From Candidatus Rokuibacteriota bacterium (GTDB lineage Bacteria; Methylomirabilota; Methylomirabilia; Rokubacteriales; CSP1-6): 64,000 nt of DNA. Below the pieces are notes generated by a model. That model searched no databases. It was given only the letters and a program-made list of their open reading frames with translations, and was not told where the DNA came from. The stretch is from NCBI GenBank assembly GCA_016179965.1, contig JACPCF010000013.1, positions 7,335 through 71,334 on the forward strand, in the 5' to 3' direction. The translations under genes and the position numbers were made by a program. Positions 38,414 through 47,012 of the stretch are shown here, piece after piece (the stretch's first letter is position 1; every line of letters starts with the position of its first letter).

Positions 38414-38473
38414 GATCGCAGGACTGCACACACGAGATCGGCTTCACCGGGCCTGAGGAGTGCGTAACGCGAG

Positions 38474-39052
38474 ATGACGATCAAGGTGGGCGTCGGCGTT
38501 CTGGGCCTCACCCTCCTCGCCGGCGCCCTCTTCCTCGCCCTCTCCACCCGCGGCCAGGCCGCCGGCCCCGCTCAGCCCATCGCCTTCAGCCACCAGATCC
38601 ACGCCGGCCAGTACAAGATGGACTGCCAGTACTGCCACGCCGACGCGCGCCGCTCGGAGTACGCCGGAATCCCGTCCGTCTCGCGCTGCATGGGCTGCCA
38701 CAGGATCACGGCGGCGGACCGCCCCGAGGTCCAGAAGCTGGCGGGGTTCTTCAACAAGAACGAGCCGATCCCCTGGGTTCGCATCTTCAAGGTGCCGGAG
38801 TACGTTTACTTTCCGCACAAGGCGCACGTCCGCGCCGGGGTGACCTGCCAGACCTGCCATGGGCCGATCGAGACGATGGCGGTAGTCGAGGCCAAGACCG
38901 GCCAGACCCTCGCCAACGACCTCCTGAACCTCGTGGGACTCGCACGCACCTCGACGCCGCTCACCATGGGGTGGTGCGTCGAGTGCCATACAACCATGAA
39001 CGCCAAGAACAAGACGAAGGCGCCACTCGAATGCGCCATCTGTCATCACTGA
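38474..39052 (+). CDS. actA: Alternative Complex III pentahaem cytochrome c subunit ActA
   Basis: N-terminal TM/signal anchor and five CxxCH motifs (CQYCH, CMGCH, CQTCH, CVECH, CAICH). First gene of the actABCDEF order. Confidence 0.85.
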   Translation: MTIKVGVGVLGLTLLAGALFLALSTRGQAAGPAQPIAFSHQIHAGQYKMDCQYCHADARRSEYAGIPSVSRCMGCHRITAADRPEVQKLAGFFNKNEPIPWVRIFKVPEYVYFPHKAHVRAGVTCQTCHGPIETMAVVEAKTGQTLANDLLNLVGLARTSTPLTMGWCVECHTTMNAKNKTKAPLECAICHH

Positions 39053-39057
39053 GCGCG

Positions 39058-42030
39058 ATGAATCGTCGGGACTTCTTCAAGATTGTCGGGACCAGCGCGG
39101 GGGCGGTGGCGGCCGCGGGCTGCGGGCAGGCCCCCGAGCGGATCCTTCCCCATGTGATTCCGCCCGATAACCTCGTCCCCGGCGTGCCCGCGTGGTTCTC
39201 GACGGTCTGCCGCGAGTGTCCGGCCGGCTGCGGCGTCATCGCGCGCAACCGCGAAGGGCGCGTGGTCAAGCTCGAGGGCAATCCCGACCATCCGGTGAAC
39301 GGCGGAACCCTCTGCATCCGCGGGCAGGCGGCCCTCCAGGGCCTCTACAACCCCGATCGGTTGCGTGGCCCGATTCAGCGGGACACCTCCGGGGAGCGGT
39401 CCATCAAGTGGGAGGAGGCCGAGAAATTCCTCGCTGAGCGCCTGGCCGATCTCGTCAAGCAGGGAAGGGGGAAGCGGATTGTGGTCGTGGGCCAGCTCGA
39501 GAGCGGCAGCCTCGGCCGACTCATGGATGCGTGGGCGGGCGCGCTCGGGGCGGAGCGTCTGACCTACGAGCCGTTCAACTACGAGGCGATTCGCCACGCG
39601 AGCCGGCTCGTCTTCGGCCGGGATGCGATTCCCCACTACGCCCTCGAGGACGCCAACGCCATCCTCTCCTTCGGCGCCGACTTCCTCGAAACCTGGCTGT
39701 CGCCGGTCCAATATGCGAGAGCCTTCACTCGGATGCACGCCTTCAGGGACGGCAAGGCGGGCACGTTCATCCACGTTGAGCCCCGGCTCTCGCTCACCGC
39801 CGCCAACGCCGATGAGTGGGTCCGGAACGTGCCGGGGACGGAAGGGCCTCTGGCCCTCGCCATCCTCAAGGTAATTCTCGACGAAGGGATCCAGGCCCCG
39901 GGGGTGGACGTGGCGCTCCTCCGCGCGGCTGCCAAGAGCGCGGATCTGGAGGCCGCGGCCCGCCAGTCGGGCGTTGGGTCGGAGACGATCAAGCACCTGG
40001 CGCGCGCCTTCGCCAAAGCCAAGCCGGGTCTGGCCATCGGCGGCGGCGTGGCCGCCACTGGCGCCGATGCCGTGGAGTGCCAGGTGGCCATTCACCTTTT
40101 GAACTATGCCACGGGCAATACGGGCCGGACGGTCCGCTTCGGACCGGACTCGGCCTTCGGCAAGGCCAGCCCTCACGCCGGCATGGTCGCCCTCACCCAG
40201 GCCATGGCCAGGGGAGAGGTCGAGGTCCTGCTCCTGAACCACGCCAACCCGCTCTTCACGCTCCCTCCCAAGCTGGGCTTCGCCGACGCGCTCAAGAAGG
40301 TGCCGCTGGTCGTGAGTTTCTCGAATCAGCCCGACGAGACGACCGAGCGAGCGCATCTCGTGCTTCCCGACACCCACCCGCTGGAGTCCTGGGGGGATTT
40401 CAGTCCGCGGGAGGGGGTCGTGGGACTGATGCAGCCGACGATGGGCCACGTCGTTGACTCGACGGGACGTGTCTTCGACTCCAAGGCAGTCGGCGACGTG
40501 CTCCTGTCGGTCGGCCGCCAGGTTCTCCCAGCGCCCGCCGGGAAAGGGCCCTTCCGCTGGCAGACGTTCGCGGAATACCTGAAGGACCAGTGGCGGGGGA
40601 TCGCCCGGGAATATTCGCCGGCCACGCCCTTCGACCAGTTCTGGGAGGAGGCGCTCCGACGTGGTGGGATCTGGAAGCCGGTGGGGGCCGTTCCCGTTCA
40701 GGCGCGGGGGGCTCCCCTCAGCGGAAAGCCGGCGACCGTGGAGGGTGACGCCCAGGGGCTGGCGCTCCTCGCGTACCCCTCGCACCGCTTCTACGACGGG
40801 CGGGGAGCCAACATACCCTGGCTCCAGGAGGCCCCCGACACCATGACCCAGGTGAGCTGGGATTCCTGGGTCGAGGTTCCCGCCGAGACCGCCAAGAAGC
40901 TCGGGCTTCGGGGAGGCGACCTCGTGAGGGTGGCGTCGCCCCATGGGGCCGTCGAGCTGCCCGCGTATATCTCCGACTCGCTCCACCCGGGCGCCGTCGC
41001 CATTCCGATCGGCCAGGGCCACACAGCCGAACGGCTCCGCTACGCGAAGGACCGTGGGGCGAACCCGATCGCCTTGCTCTCAGGGCAAGCCGCTCCCGCG
41101 GGATTGCCGTTCCTGTCTGTCAAGGTGACGCTGACCAGAACGGGAGGACGCCGCCCACTCGCCATCGCCCAGGCCACCCACGACCAGGACGACCGCGAGA
41201 TCGCCCAGCACGTGGGGCTGGCCGCCGCGCGCGAGCTGGAGCTCCGGGGCGCCGTGCCCGAGAAGGCCAGCCACCCCAGCATGTACCCGGACCTCAAGTA
41301 CCCCGAGTACCGCTGGGGGATGGCCATTGACCTCGACGCCTGCGTCGGGTGTCAGGCTTGCGTTATTGCGTGTAAGGCGGAGAACAATGTGCCGGTGGTC
41401 GGCAAGGAGCAGGTGGCCTACGGGCGCGACATGCACTGGCTCAGGGTCGAGCGCTGGCAGGAGGGCAAGCCGGCCCATCCCGAGAACCTGTTCCTCCCCA
41501 TGCTCTGCCAGCACTGCGGGATCGCCCCGTGCGAGCCGGTGTGCCCGGTCTTCGCCGCCTACCACACCGAAGAGGGGCTCAACGCCCAGATCTACAACCG
41601 CTGCGTGGGCACGCGCTACTGCAACAACAACTGCCCCTACCACGTCCGGCGGTTTAACTGGTGGGACTACAGCTCCCCAACCTCGCGGTCCTACGCCTTC
41701 CCCGAGCCGCTGCCGCTGCAGCTGAACCCGGACGTGACGGTCCGGCAGCTGGGGGTGATGGAGAAGTGCACGTTCTGCGTCCAGCGGATCATCGCCGCCA
41801 AGGACGCCGCCAGGGACGAGAAGCGGCCGGTGAGGGACGGGGAGATCGTGACGGCGTGCCAGCAGACCTGCCCCACCCAGGCCATCGTGTTCGGCAACTT
41901 AAAAGACATGTCGAGCCGGGTCGCGAAGCTCTCCCGATCCGCCCGCGGCTACCACGTCCTCGAAGAGCTCGGGACCCGGCCCGCCATCACGTATTTGAAA
42001 AAGGTCACCCGCGAGCCACACAAAGGATGA
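39058..42030 (+). CDS. actB: Alternative Complex III subunit ActB (molybdopterin-oxidoreductase-like domain fused to 4Fe-4S domain)
   Basis: Tat signal MNRRDFFKIVG, CRECPAGC, and a C-terminal polyferredoxin (CVGCQACVIAC, CQHCGIAPCEPVC, CNNNCPY, CTFC). 990 aa. Confidence 0.85.
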   Translation: MNRRDFFKIVGTSAGAVAAAGCGQAPERILPHVIPPDNLVPGVPAWFSTVCRECPAGCGVIARNREGRVVKLEGNPDHPVNGGTLCIRGQAALQGLYNPDRLRGPIQRDTSGERSIKWEEAEKFLAERLADLVKQGRGKRIVVVGQLESGSLGRLMDAWAGALGAERLTYEPFNYEAIRHASRLVFGRDAIPHYALEDANAILSFGADFLETWLSPVQYARAFTRMHAFRDGKAGTFIHVEPRLSLTAANADEWVRNVPGTEGPLALAILKVILDEGIQAPGVDVALLRAAAKSADLEAAARQSGVGSETIKHLARAFAKAKPGLAIGGGVAATGADAVECQVAIHLLNYATGNTGRTVRFGPDSAFGKASPHAGMVALTQAMARGEVEVLLLNHANPLFTLPPKLGFADALKKVPLVVSFSNQPDETTERAHLVLPDTHPLESWGDFSPREGVVGLMQPTMGHVVDSTGRVFDSKAVGDVLLSVGRQVLPAPAGKGPFRWQTFAEYLKDQWRGIAREYSPATPFDQFWEEALRRGGIWKPVGAVPVQARGAPLSGKPATVEGDAQGLALLAYPSHRFYDGRGANIPWLQEAPDTMTQVSWDSWVEVPAETAKKLGLRGGDLVRVASPHGAVELPAYISDSLHPGAVAIPIGQGHTAERLRYAKDRGANPIALLSGQAAPAGLPFLSVKVTLTRTGGRRPLAIAQATHDQDDREIAQHVGLAAARELELRGAVPEKASHPSMYPDLKYPEYRWGMAIDLDACVGCQACVIACKAENNVPVVGKEQVAYGRDMHWLRVERWQEGKPAHPENLFLPMLCQHCGIAPCEPVCPVFAAYHTEEGLNAQIYNRCVGTRYCNNNCPYHVRRFNWWDYSSPTSRSYAFPEPLPLQLNPDVTVRQLGVMEKCTFCVQRIIAAKDAARDEKRPVRDGEIVTACQQTCPTQAIVFGNLKDMSSRVAKLSRSARGYHVLEELGTRPAITYLKKVTREPHKG

Positions 42031-43361
42031 ACCAGGAAGCCGCTCGCCAGCCGACCTACGCCGACGTCAACCGGGACGTCATCCGGACGCTGGAGCCGCC
42101 CTCGCCGATGTACTTCGGCTGGATGTCCGTCGTTGGGCTGATCCTGACCGCCGGGATCCTGGCCTGGACGTACCAGATCTACATGGGGATGGGTGCGGCC
42201 GGGAAGCGAACCCCCCAGATGTGGGCGATGTACATCACGAGCTTCGTCTTCTGGATCGGCATCGGCCACGCGGGCACCCTGATCTCCGCCATCCTGTATC
42301 TCTTCCGCGCGCGCTGGCGGACCTCGATCTTCCGGGGCGCCGAAGCCATGACGGTCTTCGCGGTCATGACGGCGGGCCTGTTCCCCCTGATCCACGCGGG
42401 GCGCATGTGGTTCGCCTACTGGCTCCTGCCGTACCCGAACCAGCGCTACCTCTGGCCCAACTTCCGCTCGCCGCTGGTCTGGGACGTGTTCGCCATCTCC
42501 ACCTACCTCACGATCAGCGTCGTCTTTTTCTTCGTCGGCCTGCTGCCCGACATCGCGGCCATCCGGGACGCCTCAACCGGCTGGAAGAAGAAGATCTACG
42601 GCGCCCTCGCCCTCGGCTGGGAGGGGACGGACCGGCAGTGGCGGCACTACCGGCGCGCGTACGGGCTCTTCGCCTCCCTCGCGACGCCGCTGGTGCTGTC
42701 GGTCCACAGCGTCGTGTCCTGGGACTTCGCCATGGCGCTCGTCCCCGGCTGGCACTCGACCCTCTTCGCCCCCTTCTTCGTGAACGGCGCCATCTTCTCC
42801 GGCTTCGCCATGGTCCTCGTCCTGATCATCCCGATGCGATATTTTTGGAACCTTTATCCTTACATCACCGACAAGCACCTCGACGCCATGGGGAAGCTCA
42901 TCCTGGTCACCAGCCTCGTCCTGACGTACTTCTACGTGTGCGAGGCCTTCACCGCCTGGTACAGCGGCGACCACTTCGAGCGCGCCTCACTCTTCTGGAA
43001 GGCCACCAAGAGCTACGCCTGGGCGTTCTGGCTCCAGTATGTCTGCAACAGCCTGGCGCCCCTCGTCCTCTTCTCGAAGCGGGCGCGGACCCACACGCCG
43101 ACGCTCTACGTCGTCTCCATCCTGGTGCTGATCGGGATGTGGTTCGAGCGGTTCAACATCATCGTGCCGGGCCTCGGCCACGACTTCTATCCCTACACCT
43201 GGGGGATCTACTGGCCGACCGTGACCGACACCACGATCGTGATCGGGAGCTTCGCCTGGTTCTTCATCCTGTTCCTGGGGTTCATCAAGGTCATGCCGTC
43301 GGTGTCCATCGTCGAGGTGAAGGAGACGCTGCCGCACCCCGTCAAGGAGGCCCACCACTGA
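42027..43361 (+). CDS. actC: Alternative Complex III quinol-interacting membrane subunit ActC (NrfD family)
   Basis: 444-aa polytopic NrfD-like protein. ATGA overlap with actB. Confidence 0.85.
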   Translation: MNQEAARQPTYADVNRDVIRTLEPPSPMYFGWMSVVGLILTAGILAWTYQIYMGMGAAGKRTPQMWAMYITSFVFWIGIGHAGTLISAILYLFRARWRTSIFRGAEAMTVFAVMTAGLFPLIHAGRMWFAYWLLPYPNQRYLWPNFRSPLVWDVFAISTYLTISVVFFFVGLLPDIAAIRDASTGWKKKIYGALALGWEGTDRQWRHYRRAYGLFASLATPLVLSVHSVVSWDFAMALVPGWHSTLFAPFFVNGAIFSGFAMVLVLIIPMRYFWNLYPYITDKHLDAMGKLILVTSLVLTYFYVCEAFTAWYSGDHFERASLFWKATKSYAWAFWLQYVCNSLAPLVLFSKRARTHTPTLYVVSILVLIGMWFERFNIIVPGLGHDFYPYTWGIYWPTVTDTTIVIGSFAWFFILFLGFIKVMPSVSIVEVKETLPHPVKEAHH

Positions 43362-43867
43362 TGGCGGGGGCCAGCGTCCTCGGCATCTTCGCCCACGTGG
43401 ACACTACCGTGAAGGCGATCCGCGAGCTGCGGGCCCAGGGGTTCCACGACTTCACCGTGTACTCGCCGATCCCCGTGGAGGAGATCGAAACGGTGCTGGA
43501 GGAGAACCGCCCCGTCAGCCCCGTGCGCCTTTTCACGCTGATCGGCGGGCTGACGGGGATGCTCACGGGATTCGGCCTGACGATCTGGTCGGCGCTCAAG
43601 TGGGGGCTCGTGACCGGCGGAAAGCCTATCGTGTCGATCCCCCCCTTCGTGATCATCGCGTTCGAGCTGACCATCCTGCTCGGAGGCCTCTCCACCCTTC
43701 TGGCGATCCTGGTCCTGGGAAAGCTCCCCGCGGTGCGGCGGTCGTCCACCTACGACCCGCGCTTCACGGTGGACCGCTTCGGGATCGCGGTGTCCTGTGC
43801 CGCGGAGCGGGCTCCCGCCGTGAGCCGGTCCCTCAGCCAGGCGGGGGCGGAAGAGGTCAGGCGATGA
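43361..43867 (+). CDS. actD: Alternative Complex III subunit ActD (DUF3341-type)
   Basis: 168 aa with an N-terminal soluble domain (VLGIFAHVDTTVKAIRELRAQGF) and two TM helices. Sits in the canonical position. Confidence 0.75.
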   Translation: MAGASVLGIFAHVDTTVKAIRELRAQGFHDFTVYSPIPVEEIETVLEENRPVSPVRLFTLIGGLTGMLTGFGLTIWSALKWGLVTGGKPIVSIPPFVIIAFELTILLGGLSTLLAILVLGKLPAVRRSSTYDPRFTVDRFGIAVSCAAERAPAVSRSLSQAGAEEVRR

Positions 43868-44367
43868 AGTACCTCTTCGGCCTCGTGCTCCTGATGATCG
43901 TGGCAGCGGGGGGGCTGATGGGAGGCGCCATCGTCCTGAGGTGGACCGACAATATGACCGCCACCGTCAGGCTCGTCCCGGGCGAGCGCGTGCTATCGAT
44001 GCCCGCCGGGACCCTCCCGCGGACCGGGGGTGAGCTGACTCCGCCGCGGGAGGAGCGCGACGCCGGCGCGAAGCGCCCGAATCCCGTCAAGGCCACGCCC
44101 GACTCCATCGCCAAAGGCAAGGCGCTCTTCGCGATCTACTGCAGCCCCTGCCACGGCCCGGAGGGCAAGGGGAACGGGACGGTCACGCCGAAGTTCATCC
44201 CCCCGCCCGACGTGACCAACGCCACCCTCCAGAAGCAGCGGACCGACGGCTACTGGCAGCACGTCATCGGCACCGGTGGGGCCATCATGCCGGCCTACGG
44301 CGAGGCCCTGGCGCCGGAGGAGCGCTGGCACGTGGTCAACTTCCTGAGGAGCATCGCCCAGAAATGA
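43864..44367 (+). CDS. actE: Alternative Complex III monohaem cytochrome c subunit ActE
   Basis: N-terminal anchor, a single CSPCH haem motif and a distal Met context (GGAIMPAYG). ATGA overlap. Confidence 0.8.
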   Translation: MKYLFGLVLLMIVAAGGLMGGAIVLRWTDNMTATVRLVPGERVLSMPAGTLPRTGGELTPPREERDAGAKRPNPVKATPDSIAKGKALFAIYCSPCHGPEGKGNGTVTPKFIPPPDVTNATLQKQRTDGYWQHVIGTGGAIMPAYGEALAPEERWHVVNFLRSIAQK

Positions 44368-45464
44368 AAGGGGGAAACCTGTTCCTCGCAGCGGTCGCCG
44401 CTGCGGGGGGGATCGCGTTCCTACTCGGCGTTACCAGGGCCGCGGAACGCACCTGGGCCATCTACCTGATCAACCTCCTCTTCTGGTCCGGGCTCGCGGT
44501 GACGGGACCCGCCATCGCGGGAATCATGGAGCTGATGGAGGCGCGCTGGTCGCCGAACGTCAAACGGATCGCGCTGACCACGGCTGGATTCCTGCCCTAC
44601 TCCTTCGTGTTGTTCCTCGTCCTGTTCGGGGGCCGCGCCGTCCTGTACCCCTGGGTGACGAACCCACTACCGGTCAAGGCGGCGTGGCTCAACGTGCCGT
44701 TCATGGCGTTCAGAATCGGGGTCGGCGTGCTCCTCCTCTACTGGGTGGCGTTCGCGTTCGTGAAGGCCGGATTCCGGGAGGGGAGCGGCTCTCCCGAGGT
44801 GGAGCGGCAGGGGAAGCAGCGGCGCGTCGTGCTGGCCACGATCCTGCTGTTTTTCTACGTGATCGTCGTGTCGCTCTTCGGCTTCGACCTCGTGATGTCG
44901 CTGGATCCCACGTGGTACAGCGGGCTCTTCGGCGGATACTTCGTCGTCAGCACCCTCTACACCGGGTTTGCCCTCCTGGCCCTCCTGGCGGTCCGGGCGA
45001 ACGCGTCGGGGCTGGCGGTGGTGACTCCTGCGGCGATCCAGGACGTCGCCAAGCTGATCCTCGCGACCAGCACCCTCTGGATGTACTTCTTCTGGTCCCA
45101 GTACCTGGTGATCTGGTACGGCAACGTCCCGGTGGAGACGAAGTTCTTCCTGCGGCGCTTCTTCCAGGATCCGTGGCGGGTGCTGACCTTCGTCGTGCTG
45201 GTGGCCGGATGGATCGTGCCCTTTTCGTACCTGCTGAAGCGGCTCACCGGCAAGCCTCCGGCGCGCCACGCCCCGTTGGTGTTCGTCGCGCTCTTGAGCC
45301 TCACGGCCATCTTCCTCGAGCGGGTGCTGGTGGTGGTGCCGGCCATCTCCCCCGCGGCCGCCTTCCCGGCCGGGATCGTCGAGATCCTCATCACGGCCGG
45401 ATTCTTCTCCCTCTTCGTCCTGAGCCGCCGCTGGTTCCTGGCCCGCCTGAAGCCCCGTTTCTGA
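44364..45464 (+). CDS. actF: Alternative Complex III membrane subunit ActF (NrfD-like)
   Basis: 366-aa polytopic protein after actE. ATGA overlap. Confidence 0.8.
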   Translation: MKGGNLFLAAVAAAGGIAFLLGVTRAAERTWAIYLINLLFWSGLAVTGPAIAGIMELMEARWSPNVKRIALTTAGFLPYSFVLFLVLFGGRAVLYPWVTNPLPVKAAWLNVPFMAFRIGVGVLLLYWVAFAFVKAGFREGSGSPEVERQGKQRRVVLATILLFFYVIVVSLFGFDLVMSLDPTWYSGLFGGYFVVSTLYTGFALLALLAVRANASGLAVVTPAAIQDVAKLILATSTLWMYFFWSQYLVIWYGNVPVETKFFLRRFFQDPWRVLTFVVLVAGWIVPFSYLLKRLTGKPPARHAPLVFVALLSLTAIFLERVLVVVPAISPAAAFPAGIVEILITAGFFSLFVLSRRWFLARLKPRF

Positions 45465-45476
45465 CTCTCCCGGCTT

Positions 45477-45694
45477 GGGCGGTCGGAGGGCGATGCTCCT
45501 TCCGCTCAGACCTCCTCGCCTCGACGGCGTCGGCTCCCTCGGTCGCTTGCGCTGGCCCCCCCATCCCCCCGCGGCGGGGGGCTGTCTTCGCGCTCCAATT
45601 TTCTTGAAGCGCTCAGAGCGCTCCAGCACCCTGCGCTTCGCCCGCCGCTACGGCTCGTCGGATTCGCTCCCTGGAGCACGCCCTCCGGCCGCCC
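45477..45694. repeat. BIME/MITE-like element bounded by about 22-bp inverted repeats
   Basis: Left arm GGGCGGTCGGAGGGCGATGCTCC (45477-45499) against right arm GGAGCACGCCCTCCGGCCGCCC (45673-45694). They are complementary apart from one T:G pair and one bulge. An internal C6-GCGGC-G6 hairpin lies at 45565-45581. The arm modules resemble the GGAGG...CGGAAGG...CCCTCCG part of copy A. Confidence 0.5.
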
Positions 45695-45727
45695 GCCGCG
45701 AACCCCACGAAGTGCTACAATAAAAGC

Positions 45728-46942
45728 GTGGTGTCGGTCGAAGAGGCCCTGGAGCAGATCCTCTCCCGGATTGATCGCCTTGGCTCCGAGCGGGTGGAAC
45801 TCCTGGCCTGCCTCGGGCGCGTCCTGGCGGAGCCGATCTCCGCTCGCTTCAATATTCCTCCCTGGCCCAACTCTTCGATGGACGGCTACGCCCTGCTGGC
45901 CCGCGACACGCGGGAGGCCAGCCCGGGCAAGCCGGTCGAACTGAAGGTCGTCGAAACGATCCCGGCTGGCTCCATAGCCGGGCGGCCCCTGCGGGCGGGT
46001 GAAGTGTTCAGGATCTTCACTGGGGCGCCGCTCCCCGAGGGCGCGGACAGCGTGATCCCCCAGGAGGAGGTTGAGGTTCAGGACAGCCAGATCCGCGTTC
46101 CGCGGCCGGTGGCCCCGGGCGAGTTCGTCCGTCCGCTGGGCGAAGACCTGAGGGCGGGGGAGACGGCCCTCGAGGTCGGGCAGGTCATCGGTCCCGCCGA
46201 GGTCGGGCTCCTGGCTACCCTGGGCCGCTCCCGGGTCCTCGTGTTCCGCCGTCCGCGGGTGGCCATCCTCTCCACCGGCGACGAGGTCGTGGATCTCGGC
46301 GGGGACGTCAGCCCGGGGAAAATCCCCAACTCGAACAGCTACGCCTTGATGGCCCAGGTCCTGGAGGCGGGCGGTGAGCCGCTCAATGTGGGAGTGGCGC
46401 GCGACAGCCGCGAGGCCATCGAGGAGCGACTCCGCTGGGGGCTCTCAGCGGACGTCGTGATTTCGTCAGCGGGCGTCTCGGTGGGAGACTACGACTTCGT
46501 GCGCGATGCCCTCCAACGGCTCGGCGCCGAGCTGCATCTCTGGCAGGTGGCGATGCGCCCCGGCAAGCCGATCACCTTCGGGTCCCTCGGCGGTCGGCCC
46601 ATCTTCGGGCTTCCGGGCAACCCCGTGTCGGCGATGGTCACCTTCGAGCTCTTCGTTCGGCCCGCGCTCAGGAAGATGGCCGGGCACACGAAGCTCCACC
46701 GCCCGCTGATTCAGGCGCGGGCGCTGTCCCCGCTCCCGAACCCCGGCCACCGCCGCGGCTACCTCCGGGTGCGGGTGTCCGCCGACGGCGGGGAGAACGT
46801 CGCCCAACTGACGGGAAACCAGGGGTCCGCGGTCCTGACGTCCATGGTCGCTGCCGACGGGTTGGCCGTGGTGCCCCCCGATACCACAATTCCCCCCGGC
46901 GGGACAGTGCCGGTGCTCCTGCTCAAGCCGCCGTCCTCATGA
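45728..46942 (+). CDS. moeA: Molybdopterin molybdenumtransferase
   Basis: 404 aa (PPWPNSSMDGYAL; ILSTGDEV; ISSAGVSVGDYDFV; GLPGNPVSAMVTFELFVRP). GTG start. Confidence 0.9.
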   Translation: MVSVEEALEQILSRIDRLGSERVELLACLGRVLAEPISARFNIPPWPNSSMDGYALLARDTREASPGKPVELKVVETIPAGSIAGRPLRAGEVFRIFTGAPLPEGADSVIPQEEVEVQDSQIRVPRPVAPGEFVRPLGEDLRAGETALEVGQVIGPAEVGLLATLGRSRVLVFRRPRVAILSTGDEVVDLGGDVSPGKIPNSNSYALMAQVLEAGGEPLNVGVARDSREAIEERLRWGLSADVVISSAGVSVGDYDFVRDALQRLGAELHLWQVAMRPGKPITFGSLGGRPIFGLPGNPVSAMVTFELFVRPALRKMAGHTKLHRPLIQARALSPLPNPGHRRGYLRVRVSADGGENVAQLTGNQGSAVLTSMVAADGLAVVPPDTTIPPGGTVPVLLLKPPSS

Positions 46943-46989
46943 TCAGCCGCCGACGCTTCCTCGCCGGATCGCTCGGTGTGACTCCGTAG
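46939..46989 (+). other. Orphan twin-arginine (Tat) leader mini-ORF MISRRRFLAGSLGVTP
   Basis: The ATG overlaps the moeA stop (ATGA). SRRRFL is a Tat consensus. The ORF ends in TAG TAG. The downstream SoxYZ frame is open through this DNA in the -1 frame. Confidence 0.55.
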
Positions 46990-47012
46990 TAGTCGAAGGG
47001 CTGGATGACCCG

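Noticed and set aside
45475-45723. 82-codon ORF filling the actF-moeA gap as a real gene.
   Set aside because: It has a TTG start with no SD and a low-complexity Arg/Pro/Gly/Leu translation. An open frame of this length has a substantial chance expectation at this G+C content. The DNA is better explained by inverted and direct repeats.
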